A stretch of DNA of 52,227 nucleotides, from positions 89,838 to 142,064 of the forward strand of contig CAYUVV010000001.1 of assembly GCA_964448295.1 (NCBI GenBank), written 5' to 3'. Source of the DNA: an uncultured Candidatus Saccharibacteria bacterium (lineage in GTDB: Bacteria; Patescibacteriota; Minisyncoccia; Phycocordibacterales; JACOZG01). A program made the position numbers and the translations under genes. Shown here in pieces: positions 9,662-17,316 of this stretch. The notes beneath the pieces were generated by a model. The model was given only the letters and a program-made list of their open reading frames with translations, ran no database searches and was not told where the DNA came from. The stretch's first letter is position 1. Every line of letters begins with the position of its first letter.

Positions 9662-11341
9662 ATGGTCCGACGTTTTCTTAATTTGCTCGCTCGCGAAACT
9701 GTTAATTTTCAAGAAGCGGCCGTCTTGCTAGGTGCGGCGGCTGTCGTATCTCAACTGCTATCTTTAGCCCGCGACCGTCTATTGGCCGCCCGTTTTGGCG
9801 CTGGCCACGTTCTCGATGTTTATTACGCCGCTTTTCGTTTGCCGGATATGCTTTATGTCGGGATTGCCTCCTTTGTGTCCATTACCGTACTAATTCCCTT
9901 TTTGGTAACGCGCCTGGAAGAAGAAAAAAATCTCCGATCGTCCCGAGAGTTTCTAAGTCAAGCGTTCTCTTTTTTTATCGTGGTGATGGTGATTTGCGCC
10001 GCTTTGGCTTTTTGGTTGTTGCCAGAATTAGCTCCTTGGTTGGCTCCCGGTTTGCCCACTACGGCGCGCGCTGATTTTGTTAGTTTGTCGCGTTTATTGT
10101 TGCTTTCCCCTTTGTTGCTTGGCCTGTCTAACTTGTTTGGTGGGGTGGTGCAAGCGCACCGCCTGTTTTTCCTTTATGCTTGGAGTCCGATCGTCTACAA
10201 CTTGGGGATTATTGTCGGTGTTTTGTTTTTCGCGCCGCACTGGGGGACTTTTGGTTTAGGTTTAGGAGTAGTTCTGGGGGCCGCGGCGCATTGGTTGATT
10301 TTGGCTCCGGCCGTTTGGCGCCGGGGCTTGTGGCCACTTTTTTCTTTTCGGTGCCGCTGGGCGACGCTGGCGCCCGTCCTTCGGTTGTCTTTGCCTCGCA
10401 CAATCGCGCTCTCGTCTCACAACCTATCTCTGCTAGTTTTGGTGGCTCTGGCCACGCTTTTAGGCGAGGGGGCGGTGGCAGTGTTTAATTTCGCGTTTAA
10501 TCTTCAGTCGGTACCACTAGCGGTCGTGGGAGTCAGTTATTCTGTGGCGGCTTTTCCAACCCTGATTCGTTTAGCGCGTGGCGCACGGGACGGATTTTTA
10601 ACACAGATGACGTCCGCCGTTCGATCGATTTTATTTTGGTCTTTGCCTGCCGCCGCCCTGTTTGTGGTTTTGCGCGCGCAGATTGTGCGAACAATTCTCG
10701 GTTACGGTTTATTTGATTGGCGCGATACCCGTTTAACGGCCGCCGCTCTTGCCTTATTTGCGTTATCGGTGCCAGCGCAAAGTTTGGCTTTGCTGTTTAT
10801 TCGCGCCTATTATTCGGCCGGTGCAACGCGTCGGCCGGTAATAATTAGTCTCGCGGCGGCCGCGAGTCAGGTGGCGCTCGCAATCGTCGGTTTGTGGTGG
10901 TGGTCGGCCGATCCCATCCGGGCCGGCACAATTTCAACTTGGTTGCGGGTGGGTGATTTGGGTGAAACCGCGATAATTTTTTTACCGTTTGCGTTTTCAT
11001 TGGGCGTCTTGATCCAACTGGGTGGTTTGTGGTTTTTCTTCCGGCGCGATTTTGGCCGTTTGCCAATTCCACCTCGCTTTGTTGGCGATTTATCGCTCGC
11101 GACTTCGACCGCCGCCCTTACCGCCTATTTTGTTTTGCGCCTAGCGGACAACTGGTTTGATCTGGAGCGGGTCGCCGGAGTGTTTGGTCAAGGTCTCGTG
11201 GCGGGCCTGTTTGGTTTGCTGGTGTTTGTCGCCGTGTTACGCGCTCGGGGAAATGAAGATTTGCGTTCTTTAGGTACGGCTTTGCGACGTCGCTTTTGGC
11301 GCGTTCGCGTGGCGGCCGAATCACCGACCGAGATTTTATGA
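9662..11341 (+). CDS. murJ: Lipid II flippase MurJ (MviN)
   Basis: SQLLSLARDRLLAARFG, DVYYAAFRLPD, YSVAAFPTL, RAYYS motifs; many TMs. Confidence 0.9.
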   Translation: MVRRFLNLLARETVNFQEAAVLLGAAAVVSQLLSLARDRLLAARFGAGHVLDVYYAAFRLPDMLYVGIASFVSITVLIPFLVTRLEEEKNLRSSREFLSQAFSFFIVVMVICAALAFWLLPELAPWLAPGLPTTARADFVSLSRLLLLSPLLLGLSNLFGGVVQAHRLFFLYAWSPIVYNLGIIVGVLFFAPHWGTFGLGLGVVLGAAAHWLILAPAVWRRGLWPLFSFRCRWATLAPVLRLSLPRTIALSSHNLSLLVLVALATLLGEGAVAVFNFAFNLQSVPLAVVGVSYSVAAFPTLIRLARGARDGFLTQMTSAVRSILFWSLPAAALFVVLRAQIVRTILGYGLFDWRDTRLTAAALALFALSVPAQSLALLFIRAYYSAGATRRPVIISLAAAASQVALAIVGLWWWSADPIRAGTISTWLRVGDLGETAIIFLPFAFSLGVLIQLGGLWFFFRRDFGRLPIPPRFVGDLSLATSTAALTAYFVLRLADNWFDLERVAGVFGQGLVAGLFGLLVFVAVLRARGNEDLRSLGTALRRRFWRVRVAAESPTEIL

Positions 11342-13137
11342 ATCATCACCAACGAATTCGCAACTTTTCGATCATTGCCCATATTGATCACGGCAAGTCT
11401 ACCTTAGCTGACCGCTTGCTCGAAATTACTGGCACGATTCCCGCCCGCAAAATGCGAGAGCAGGTGCTTGATAGTATGGAACTCGAACGAGAGCGTGGGA
11501 TTACAATTAAAATGCAGCCCGTGCGGATGAATTACCGTGTCGCTGGTGAGGATTACGAGTTAAATTTGATCGACACCCCCGGGCACATCGATTTTTCTTA
11601 CGAGGTTTCGCGAGCGTTGCGGGCGGTTGAGGGCGTGCTCTTGCTTGTTGATGCTGGCAAGGGAATCCAAGCCCAAACCATTAGCGTGGTCGAAATGGCT
11701 CGGGCGCTGGATTTGCCAATTATTCCGGTGATCAACAAAATTGATTTGCCTTCGGCCGATGTTCCAACGGTCAAAAAAGAGCTTGCCGGTCTGCTAGGAG
11801 TCGCCGAAAAAGAGGTCTTGGCCGTTTCAGCAAAGACTGGTTTGGGAGTAGAGGCCGTCTTGGCGGCGGTGGTCGAAAAGTTACCACCGCCGCCGGTTTC
11901 GGCGCTCTCGGCCGAGCCACGAGCGCTCGTTTTCGATTTTTCTTTTTCTTCCCACCGCGGCCTAACGGTTTACGCCCGCTTGTTTGATGGCGAAATCCGT
12001 CGCGGTGATCGCCTGCGTTTAGCGGCGAGCGGCGAAGAGTTTACCGTGCAAGAAATTGGTTTTTTCAAACCAGAACCGCAACCACTAGCTAGTTTGGTGG
12101 CCGGCGAGATTGGTTACTTAGTAACCGGTATCAAGACGCCGCGTGGTGCGAAAGTGGGTGACACCCTGCTCGCGCCAACCAGCGGGTTGTTGCCAGTGAC
12201 TGGTTATCAAGAGCCCCGGCCGGTTGTTTTCGCCTCCCTGTATCCCGAAAGTCAGGACGGTTTTGTCGCTCTTCGTCAGGCCTTGACTACTCTCCAGTTA
12301 TCCGATGCCGCCGTATCGTTTGCGGAGGAATTTTCTTCAGCTTTGGGTCGCGGATTCCAGTGCGGATTTTTGGGGCTATTGCATTTGGAAATCGCGACCG
12401 AGAGATTGAAACGAGAGTTTGGCGTGGAAATGGTGATGACCACGCCCTCCATCCGTTACGAAGTGGTAAACAAGAACACGAATGTTCGTCAGGAAATTGC
12501 TTCACCGCCGTTGTTTCCGGAGAATACTAAAAATTATGAAGTGCGAGAGCCCTGGATCGCGGCGACGATTATTACTCCCTCAAATTATCTCGGGGCTTTA
12601 TTACAGGTTATTTACGATCACGAGGCGATAGTTTTGGAGACCGGCAATTTTGGCAATCGGACGCGTTTGAATATCGAAATGCCCTTGCGGGAGTTAATGC
12701 GGCGGTTTTTTGATGATCTAAAAAGTGTTTCCTCTGGCTACGCATCTTTTTCTTATCAACCTCTCGATTATCGTTCGGCGACGGTGGTGCGACTTGACGT
12801 TTTGGTCGCCGAGGAGCCGATTTGGCCGCTTTCTCGTTTGGTGGGACGAAGACGGTTGGAGATCGAGGCCAAGGAGGTAGTGGAACGCCTGCGCGATCTC
12901 TTACCACGGCAGTTATTCGTTCTCAAAATTCAAGCTCGGGCCGATGGACGGATTGTTGCCGCCCGCGCTGTGCCAGCTTTGCGCAAAGATGTTACCGGCT
13001 ATCTTTACGGCGGCGATATTACCCGTAAGCAGAAATTGTGGGCCAAGCAAAAACGCGGCAAAAAACGTCTACAAGAACGCGGGAGAGTCCGCATTCCGTC
13101 GAGTGTTTACCTCAAACTGCTTGGCGGCAGTGGTTAA
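11338..13137 (+). CDS. lepA: Translation elongation factor 4
   Basis: IRNFSIIAHIDHGKSTLADR, ERERGITIK, DTPGH, NKID, YGGDITRKQKL; start ATG 11338. Confidence 0.97.
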   Translation: MNHHQRIRNFSIIAHIDHGKSTLADRLLEITGTIPARKMREQVLDSMELERERGITIKMQPVRMNYRVAGEDYELNLIDTPGHIDFSYEVSRALRAVEGVLLLVDAGKGIQAQTISVVEMARALDLPIIPVINKIDLPSADVPTVKKELAGLLGVAEKEVLAVSAKTGLGVEAVLAAVVEKLPPPPVSALSAEPRALVFDFSFSSHRGLTVYARLFDGEIRRGDRLRLAASGEEFTVQEIGFFKPEPQPLASLVAGEIGYLVTGIKTPRGAKVGDTLLAPTSGLLPVTGYQEPRPVVFASLYPESQDGFVALRQALTTLQLSDAAVSFAEEFSSALGRGFQCGFLGLLHLEIATERLKREFGVEMVMTTPSIRYEVVNKNTNVRQEIASPPLFPENTKNYEVREPWIAATIITPSNYLGALLQVIYDHEAIVLETGNFGNRTRLNIEMPLRELMRRFFDDLKSVSSGYASFSYQPLDYRSATVVRLDVLVAEEPIWPLSRLVGRRRLEIEAKEVVERLRDLLPRQLFVLKIQARADGRIVAARAVPALRKDVTGYLYGGDITRKQKLWAKQKRGKKRLQERGRVRIPSSVYLKLLGGSG

Positions 13138-13144
13138 AGGTTAA

Positions 13145-13258
13145 TTAGAAAGCGAAAAGTCCTGGCGCGTAGAGCAGGATCATCCCCAGGATAACGATAA
13201 TGCCCGTGATAATCCAGATCCAGCGCAGGCCTTTTTGGTATTTGGTTTGCCACAACAT
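13145..13258 (-). CDS. 37-aa single-TM membrane peptide (not in ORF track)
   Basis: MLWQTKYQKGLRWIWIITGIIVILGMILLYAPGLFAF*; fills the intergenic gap; TGtTATCAT -10 ten nt upstream. Confidence 0.7.
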   Translation of the reverse strand: MLWQTKYQKGLRWIWIITGIIVILGMILLYAPGLFAF

Positions 13259-13264
13259 AACTTT

Positions 13265-13277
13265 TGTTATGATAACA
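13265..13277. promoter_or_regulatory. Palindrome providing an extended -10 box on both strands
   Basis: TGTTATGATAACA: TGtTATGAT on + (towards ftsB-like gene), TGtTATCAT on - (towards 37-aa ORF). Confidence 0.6.
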
Positions 13278-13284
13278 TAAGATT

Positions 13285-13599
13285 ATGGCTAGAATCAAAA
13301 AAGCCCGTCGTTGGTATTTTTACGCCACTTCTCCGCTTTCTCTGTTGATTTTAGCCACCGTTCTCTTTTTCAGTGGTCGCGCGGTTTGGAGCCATTATGA
13401 GCAGAATCGTGTCTCCGCCGCCGCGCGTGAGGCGGCGGAGGCCGAGCTCGGCCACTTACAAGCGCGTATCGCCGAGCTCGAGTCGTCAATTAAAAGCTGG
13501 GAAACGCCACGCGGGCAGGAAGAGCTAGTACGCGAGCATTTGCCGGTGGCGCGCCCGGGAGAAAAAGTTCTTAAAATCGTTGGCGGTAATCAAAATTGA
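13285..13599 (+). CDS. ftsB: Septum formation initiator FtsB/DivIC family
   Basis: N-terminal TM, coiled coil, EELVREHLPVARPGEKV motif. Confidence 0.75.
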   Translation: MARIKKARRWYFYATSPLSLLILATVLFFSGRAVWSHYEQNRVSAAAREAAEAELGHLQARIAELESSIKSWETPRGQEELVREHLPVARPGEKVLKIVGGNQN

Positions 13600-13618
13600 G
13601 TGGCGATGAGCCCAAACA

Positions 13619-13689
13619 GCGGGATTAGTTCAGGGGCAGAATGCGTGCTTCCCAAGCATGAGACGCGAGTTCGATTCTCGCATCCCGCA
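13619..13689 (+). tRNA. tRNA-Gly (CCC)
   Basis: GCGGGAT/ATCCCGC acceptor, CGTGC-ttCCCaa-GCATG, TTCGA T-loop; CCA not encoded. Confidence 0.95.
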
Positions 13690-13713
13690 TTTACTAGGCC
13701 AACCAAAAATATT

Positions 13714-13750
13714 AAAAACACCCCGCGCCTTTTGAGCAACGGGGTGGTTT
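13714..13750. terminator. Bidirectional terminator hairpin
   Basis: AAAAA-CACCCCG...CGGGGTG-GTTT. Confidence 0.6.
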
Positions 13751-13790
13751 GAAGTTTTTGGTTGACAACTAACCCATGGACATACCATGA

Positions 13791-15629
13791 TCAAGATTCC
13801 GAACCAAGACGCTCCACGTCTTTCTGGTGCATCGTGGCATAGATACCGCCTCGAGCCATCAGCTCGCAGTGGGTTCCTTGCTCGACGATCTCGCCCTTGT
13901 CCATGACGATCACCTTGTCGCACCGCTCAGCGCGGCAAACATGGTGAGTGATCATAACCACAGTGATGCCTTTGAGAGCGAACACCTGGTCGATGACCTT
14001 CTGCGCGGACTCGGGATCGAGCTTTGCATCGGGTTCATCGAGGATGAGAATCGGCGTTCCCCGATAGTGAACTCGGGCCAGCGCCAGACGCTGTTTTTCT
14101 CCGCCGGAGAAGTCTCTGCCTCCGAACTCCACTCCGATCTGCGACTCGTATCCTTTCGGGTCCGAGTCAACAACCTCGTCGAAGTTTGCGAATCTGCATG
14201 ACGCAGCCACAGCCTTGAGGTCGATTGTTTGACCGAGGCGAGAAGATGCGATCTCCTCGCCAACGCGACGTTCGAGCACCGTGTATTCCTGTGTCAGTGA
14301 GGAAGCGATGTTGCTCCACACATTAGGCTCGATGTTCCGCAGATTGATGTCGCCTGCGTATACCGCGCCGGAAGTTGGGTCGTAATGTCGCATGAGAAGT
14401 GCCTGGATCGTGGACTTGCCGCTGCCGCTCTTACCGACGATCGCCAGATTTGTGCCTGGCTCTATTATGAAGCTCACGTTCTTGAGCACCAGTGTGTTGG
14501 TTTCGGGATACGCGAAGCATACTTTATCGAACCTGACGAGCGGCGTGATGTCGAATCTGGGGACCACCGGATACTCCGTCTTAATAACGGGCTTCAAGCC
14601 TAGGAAATCTTTCTCGATGAGAATGACTCCTTTGGCGCTGTTCCACTGCTCGGCGATGAGCGACACGATGGCTTCCATGTTCCCTTGAAAAGTTCTCGCG
14701 GCCGCCATGACGATAGTGAGCGTTCCGATTTCTCCCGCGTAAGCGATTGTTGACCAGATTGCGTGAATGATGACCCCGCACAAGCCGGTAACCGCCAGAA
14801 GATGAGTGAGCATCTCTTTGCGAATGCTGACCTTGCGAATCTGATTGTAAGCATCAAGCACGCTGCCGACGTTGATGTCGATGTCTCGACGCAACGGCTG
14901 CATCTGGTTGAACATGAGCGCCTGCACAAAGGCGTTAGTGTTGTGGTAAGGCTTTTCCAGAACGCTGCGCTGCTTATGATGCGGCACAAGTTGTTGGAAA
15001 AGATTCCACCACATGGCGACAAGCCTGAACTCTACAATCATCATCGGCAGTGCGGTGAGCACTAGGACGAGGGCGTAAATTGACTTGTACCAAAGGAGCG
15101 ATGCTCCGAACAGAGCGAACGATACTACGGTCGTGAAGAGATTGAACATCTCGTCAGAGAACCAGATTCTCGTCTGCCATGAAGTCGGAAGCTCCTGGAT
15201 TCGCTTTTGCAGGTCGTCGTATTCTTTACTCCTGAAGCGAGCCACATCGAGTGTTGCCCGATGATCGTTGAGTTCGCGTTGGTTGGCGAACCGCAACGTC
15301 TGATTCCACTTGCTCCGGTAGAACCAGTTGAACCGGCCGAGTATCACTCCGAAGAGTAACACTCCGAGCAGGAATGCGACTGGACCGAGAAGACCGCTTT
15401 GGGCAATCTCCGCGAGCGAGTGGGTTCCTCCCTTGAACTTTCCCATCATGCCCTGAACCTCATTGATGATGAGGCCCGTGGCTTGGATGGTCAAATAAAG
15501 GAGGACAGTTGTGACCGCCGAGATGGCAAGCCGGCCGGTCGTCTCCGTCTTGCTGTGTCTCCAGCAAAACGAAAATGAATAGCGCGCTGCGAGAAGCAGC
15601 GTTGCAATCGTTTCTTTCAGTTTGTTCAT
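13791..15629 (-). CDS. ABC exporter (fused TMD + NBD)
   Basis: N-terminal TM domain; GKSGSGKST, LTQE, FSGGEKQR, ILILDE, ITHH. Confidence 0.9.
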   Translation of the reverse strand: MNKLKETIATLLLAARYSFSFCWRHSKTETTGRLAISAVTTVLLYLTIQATGLIINEVQGMMGKFKGGTHSLAEIAQSGLLGPVAFLLGVLLFGVILGRFNWFYRSKWNQTLRFANQRELNDHRATLDVARFRSKEYDDLQKRIQELPTSWQTRIWFSDEMFNLFTTVVSFALFGASLLWYKSIYALVLVLTALPMMIVEFRLVAMWWNLFQQLVPHHKQRSVLEKPYHNTNAFVQALMFNQMQPLRRDIDINVGSVLDAYNQIRKVSIRKEMLTHLLAVTGLCGVIIHAIWSTIAYAGEIGTLTIVMAAARTFQGNMEAIVSLIAEQWNSAKGVILIEKDFLGLKPVIKTEYPVVPRFDITPLVRFDKVCFAYPETNTLVLKNVSFIIEPGTNLAIVGKSGSGKSTIQALLMRHYDPTSGAVYAGDINLRNIEPNVWSNIASSLTQEYTVLERRVGEEIASSRLGQTIDLKAVAASCRFANFDEVVDSDPKGYESQIGVEFGGRDFSGGEKQRLALARVHYRGTPILILDEPDAKLDPESAQKVIDQVFALKGITVVMITHHVCRAERCDKVIVMDKGEIVEQGTHCELMARGGIYATMHQKDVERLGSES

Positions 15630-15724
15630 TTGCTACCTCTCTTTTTGGATTTGAGTTTGAAGGCTTTTTTATGCCTTGGTTCGGAATTGACAAAGGACGT
15701 AACTTGGTTCAGTGTTCCTACTTG

Positions 15725-15753
15725 ATTATAACAAATATGTATTCTGTAGTCAA
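15725..15753 (-). promoter_or_regulatory. sigma70 promoter of ABC exporter
   Basis: TTGACT-17 nt-TATAAT with TG extension. Confidence 0.8.
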
Positions 15754-15810
15754 GGGTATTTTATAAGGTTGGTTTTTTTGGTTCATAATCGTGTGCTAGA
15801 ATGCAGCCCT

Positions 15811-16065
15811 ATGAAAAAAGTTGTGATTTATAGCACGCCGACTTGCGGTTATTGCCAGCTGGCCAAAGAGTTTTTTCGTGAGCACGAGGTGGCTTACGAG
15901 GAGCATAATGTGGCCACCGATGCCGTTAGGCGCAAGGAGATGGTAGATAAAACCGGCCAATTGGGCGTGCCGGTGATCGTGGTGAGCGACGCCGACGGGA
16001 AAAATGAGCAAGTGATTATAGGCTTCGACGAAACCGGTCTCCTGTCGGCCTTGGGACTTAAATAA
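15811..16065 (+). CDS. Glutaredoxin / NrdH-redoxin-like protein
   Basis: YSTPTCGYC, GQLGVPVI, IIGFD; start moved to ATG 15811, 8 nt after TGcTAGAAT. Confidence 0.88.
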   Translation: MKKVVIYSTPTCGYCQLAKEFFREHEVAYEEHNVATDAVRRKEMVDKTGQLGVPVIVVSDADGKNEQVIIGFDETGLLSALGLK

Positions 16066-16071
16066 AGCCCA

Positions 16072-16143
16072 GCCCCCGTAGTTAAATGGATATAACAACT
16101 CCGTCCTAAGGAGTAATTGTAGGTTCGATTCCCACCGGGGGCA
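16072..16143 (+). tRNA. tRNA-Arg (CCT)
   Basis: GCCCCCG/CGGGGGC acceptor, ACTCC-gtCCTaa-GGAGT, GGTTCGATT. Confidence 0.92.
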
Positions 16144-16183
16144 TCAATTCGCTTTTTGGGACCGGCTTTGTTATATTAGTTTC

Positions 16184-16468
16184 GTGGAGTGGACGGATCA
16201 TCGCTTAAACAAGGTTGAGGCTCTGGTAGAGGAGAATAATAAAATTCTCCGCCGTTTGCAGAGAACGGCACGCTGGACCCAGTTTTTCGTGTTTGTGAAG
16301 TGGGTGGTGATTTTAGGCGCGTCGTTTGGCCTGTATTACTACCTCCAGCCGTTAGTTGACGGTTGGCTGTCGACTTATCAATCACTCTGGCAGCAGGCCG
16401 GAAATTTGGGAGAAAGTTTGCCGTTTTTGGGCGGTTCGGTTGAGGAGAGTTTAACAACGCCGAGGTAG
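16184..16468 (+). CDS. Small single-TM protein with N-terminal coiled coil; stop codon lies inside tRNA-Phe
   Basis: LVEENNKILRRLQR...FVKWVVILGASFGLYYYLQP; TGtTATATT six nt before GTG. Confidence 0.75.
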   Translation: MEWTDHRLNKVEALVEENNKILRRLQRTARWTQFFVFVKWVVILGASFGLYYYLQPLVDGWLSTYQSLWQQAGNLGESLPFLGGSVEESLTTPR

Positions 16469-16534
16469 CTCAGTTGGTAGAGCGTCCGCCTGAAGAGCGG
16501 TAGGTCGCCGGTTCGAGCCCGGCCCTCGGCACCA
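16459..16534 (+). tRNA. tRNA-Phe (GAA)
   Basis: GCCGAGG/CCTCGGC-ACCA, anticodon loop ctGAAga, GGTTCGAG. Confidence 0.97.
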
Positions 16535-16699
16535 GAAAGGAAATTGCAAGCCAGAGCTCGCCGCCTCGCTGTGCTCGGCGGCTCGCGCGTATTGTATTTT
16601 CGGCTCAAAACGGAATTCGCGATTTCGTTTGAGGGGAAGAAAAATTTTTAATCCAATACGAAATCTCAGAAAAAGCTCTAAAATATTGGCTTTTTCTGT

Positions 16700-16733
16700 T
16701 GCGCTTGACTTTCAAGCGCATACATGCTATATT
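16700..16733 (+). promoter_or_regulatory. sigma70 promoter with operator-like palindrome over -35
   Basis: TTGACT(16705)-17 nt-TGcTATATT(16728); TGCGCTTGA-ctt-TCAAGCGCA perfect 9-bp inverted repeat. Confidence 0.75.
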
Positions 16734-16824
16734 GGTGCTGTCATCGGAATTCCAAAAACCCGCTGACCTTGGCGGTATTGTGCCGCCGAGAACAGCACAT
16801 TCCCAAAAGGAAGGAGCGATAGTC

Positions 16825-16973
16825 ATGCACGAACTCGTTCTCGTTGGCAAGACCGTGGCACTCGTCTGCTCGCTGGCAGGCCTGTACTTCACCGTCAAGC
16901 CGAGTACCAGAAGTCCTCGTTGGCCTGGAACGGAGCGGCGGCCATCCTGTGGCTCGTTTCGTTCGTCGCGTAG
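16825..16973 (+). pseudogene. Frameshifted 49-aa two-TM protein
   Basis: AAGGAAGGAG SD, MHELVLVGKTVALVCSLAGLYFTVK then -1 frame AEYQKSSLAWNGAAAILWLVSFVA*; one base missing at about 16899. Confidence 0.65.
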
Positions 16974-17000
16974 CACCGCACGCCATGTCTCGGCCCCATC

Positions 17001-17038
17001 GCCGCGCTATTCTCCGGAGTAGCGCGGCATTTCTTTTT
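17001..17038 (+). terminator. Intrinsic terminator of the small cassette
   Basis: GCCGCGCTA...TAGCGCGGC then ATTTCTTTTT. Confidence 0.75.
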
Positions 17039-17121
17039 AATTGAAGTATTTTGTAATTTCATATAAGATTTAATTGGTGTTTGCTTTGCAAACTCAAATT
17101 TATTCGCCGTCAAAGAAAAAC

Positions 17122-17223
17122 TTGAAATTGTCAGCGGTGCGGCTTCGCCGCCTGCATTTTTGGCGGGGGTTCTGCCGCGCCGAAGGCGCGGTGGGTTCGC
17201 ACTAATTCAAGTATCCTGCACCG
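17122..17223 (-). repeat. Element-end remnant E1 (GC hairpins, shared motifs with 23491-23657)
   Basis: TTGAAATT..AGCG, GCGGCTTCGCC, CCGCGCCGAAGGCGCGG, TGGGTTCGC at same distance from CACC core as in E2. Confidence 0.6.
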
Positions 17224-17316
17224 GTTGGCTTACCAGCTAATATGTGTTAGTTTAGCTGGCACGTTGGTCTTTGATTTTTGAGGTTTGCTCGTTCCACTTT
17301 TCATAAGGGGCAAGTT

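Larger units (their letters stand above)
16529..17223. mobile_element. Putative degenerate mini-island integrated at the tRNA-Phe 3' end
   Basis: Short direct core GCACCag (16529) / GCACCgg (17218); conserved arm sequences on each side shared with the tRNA-Ala locus; foreign-looking cargo cassette inside; no recombinase gene left. Confidence 0.55.

Noticed and set aside
13689-13720. att-arm motif at tRNA-Gly, -Arg, -Glu and -Ser 3' ends like those at tRNA-Phe and tRNA-Ala
   Set aside because: Flanks inspected; no TTGCAA..TTCC..TGGTG arm or tRNA-end duplication found
13762-13791. TTGACA pointing antisense into the ABC exporter 3' end
   Set aside because: No TAnnnT at 16-18 nt spacing (TACCAT at 15, CATGAT at 18); not convincing
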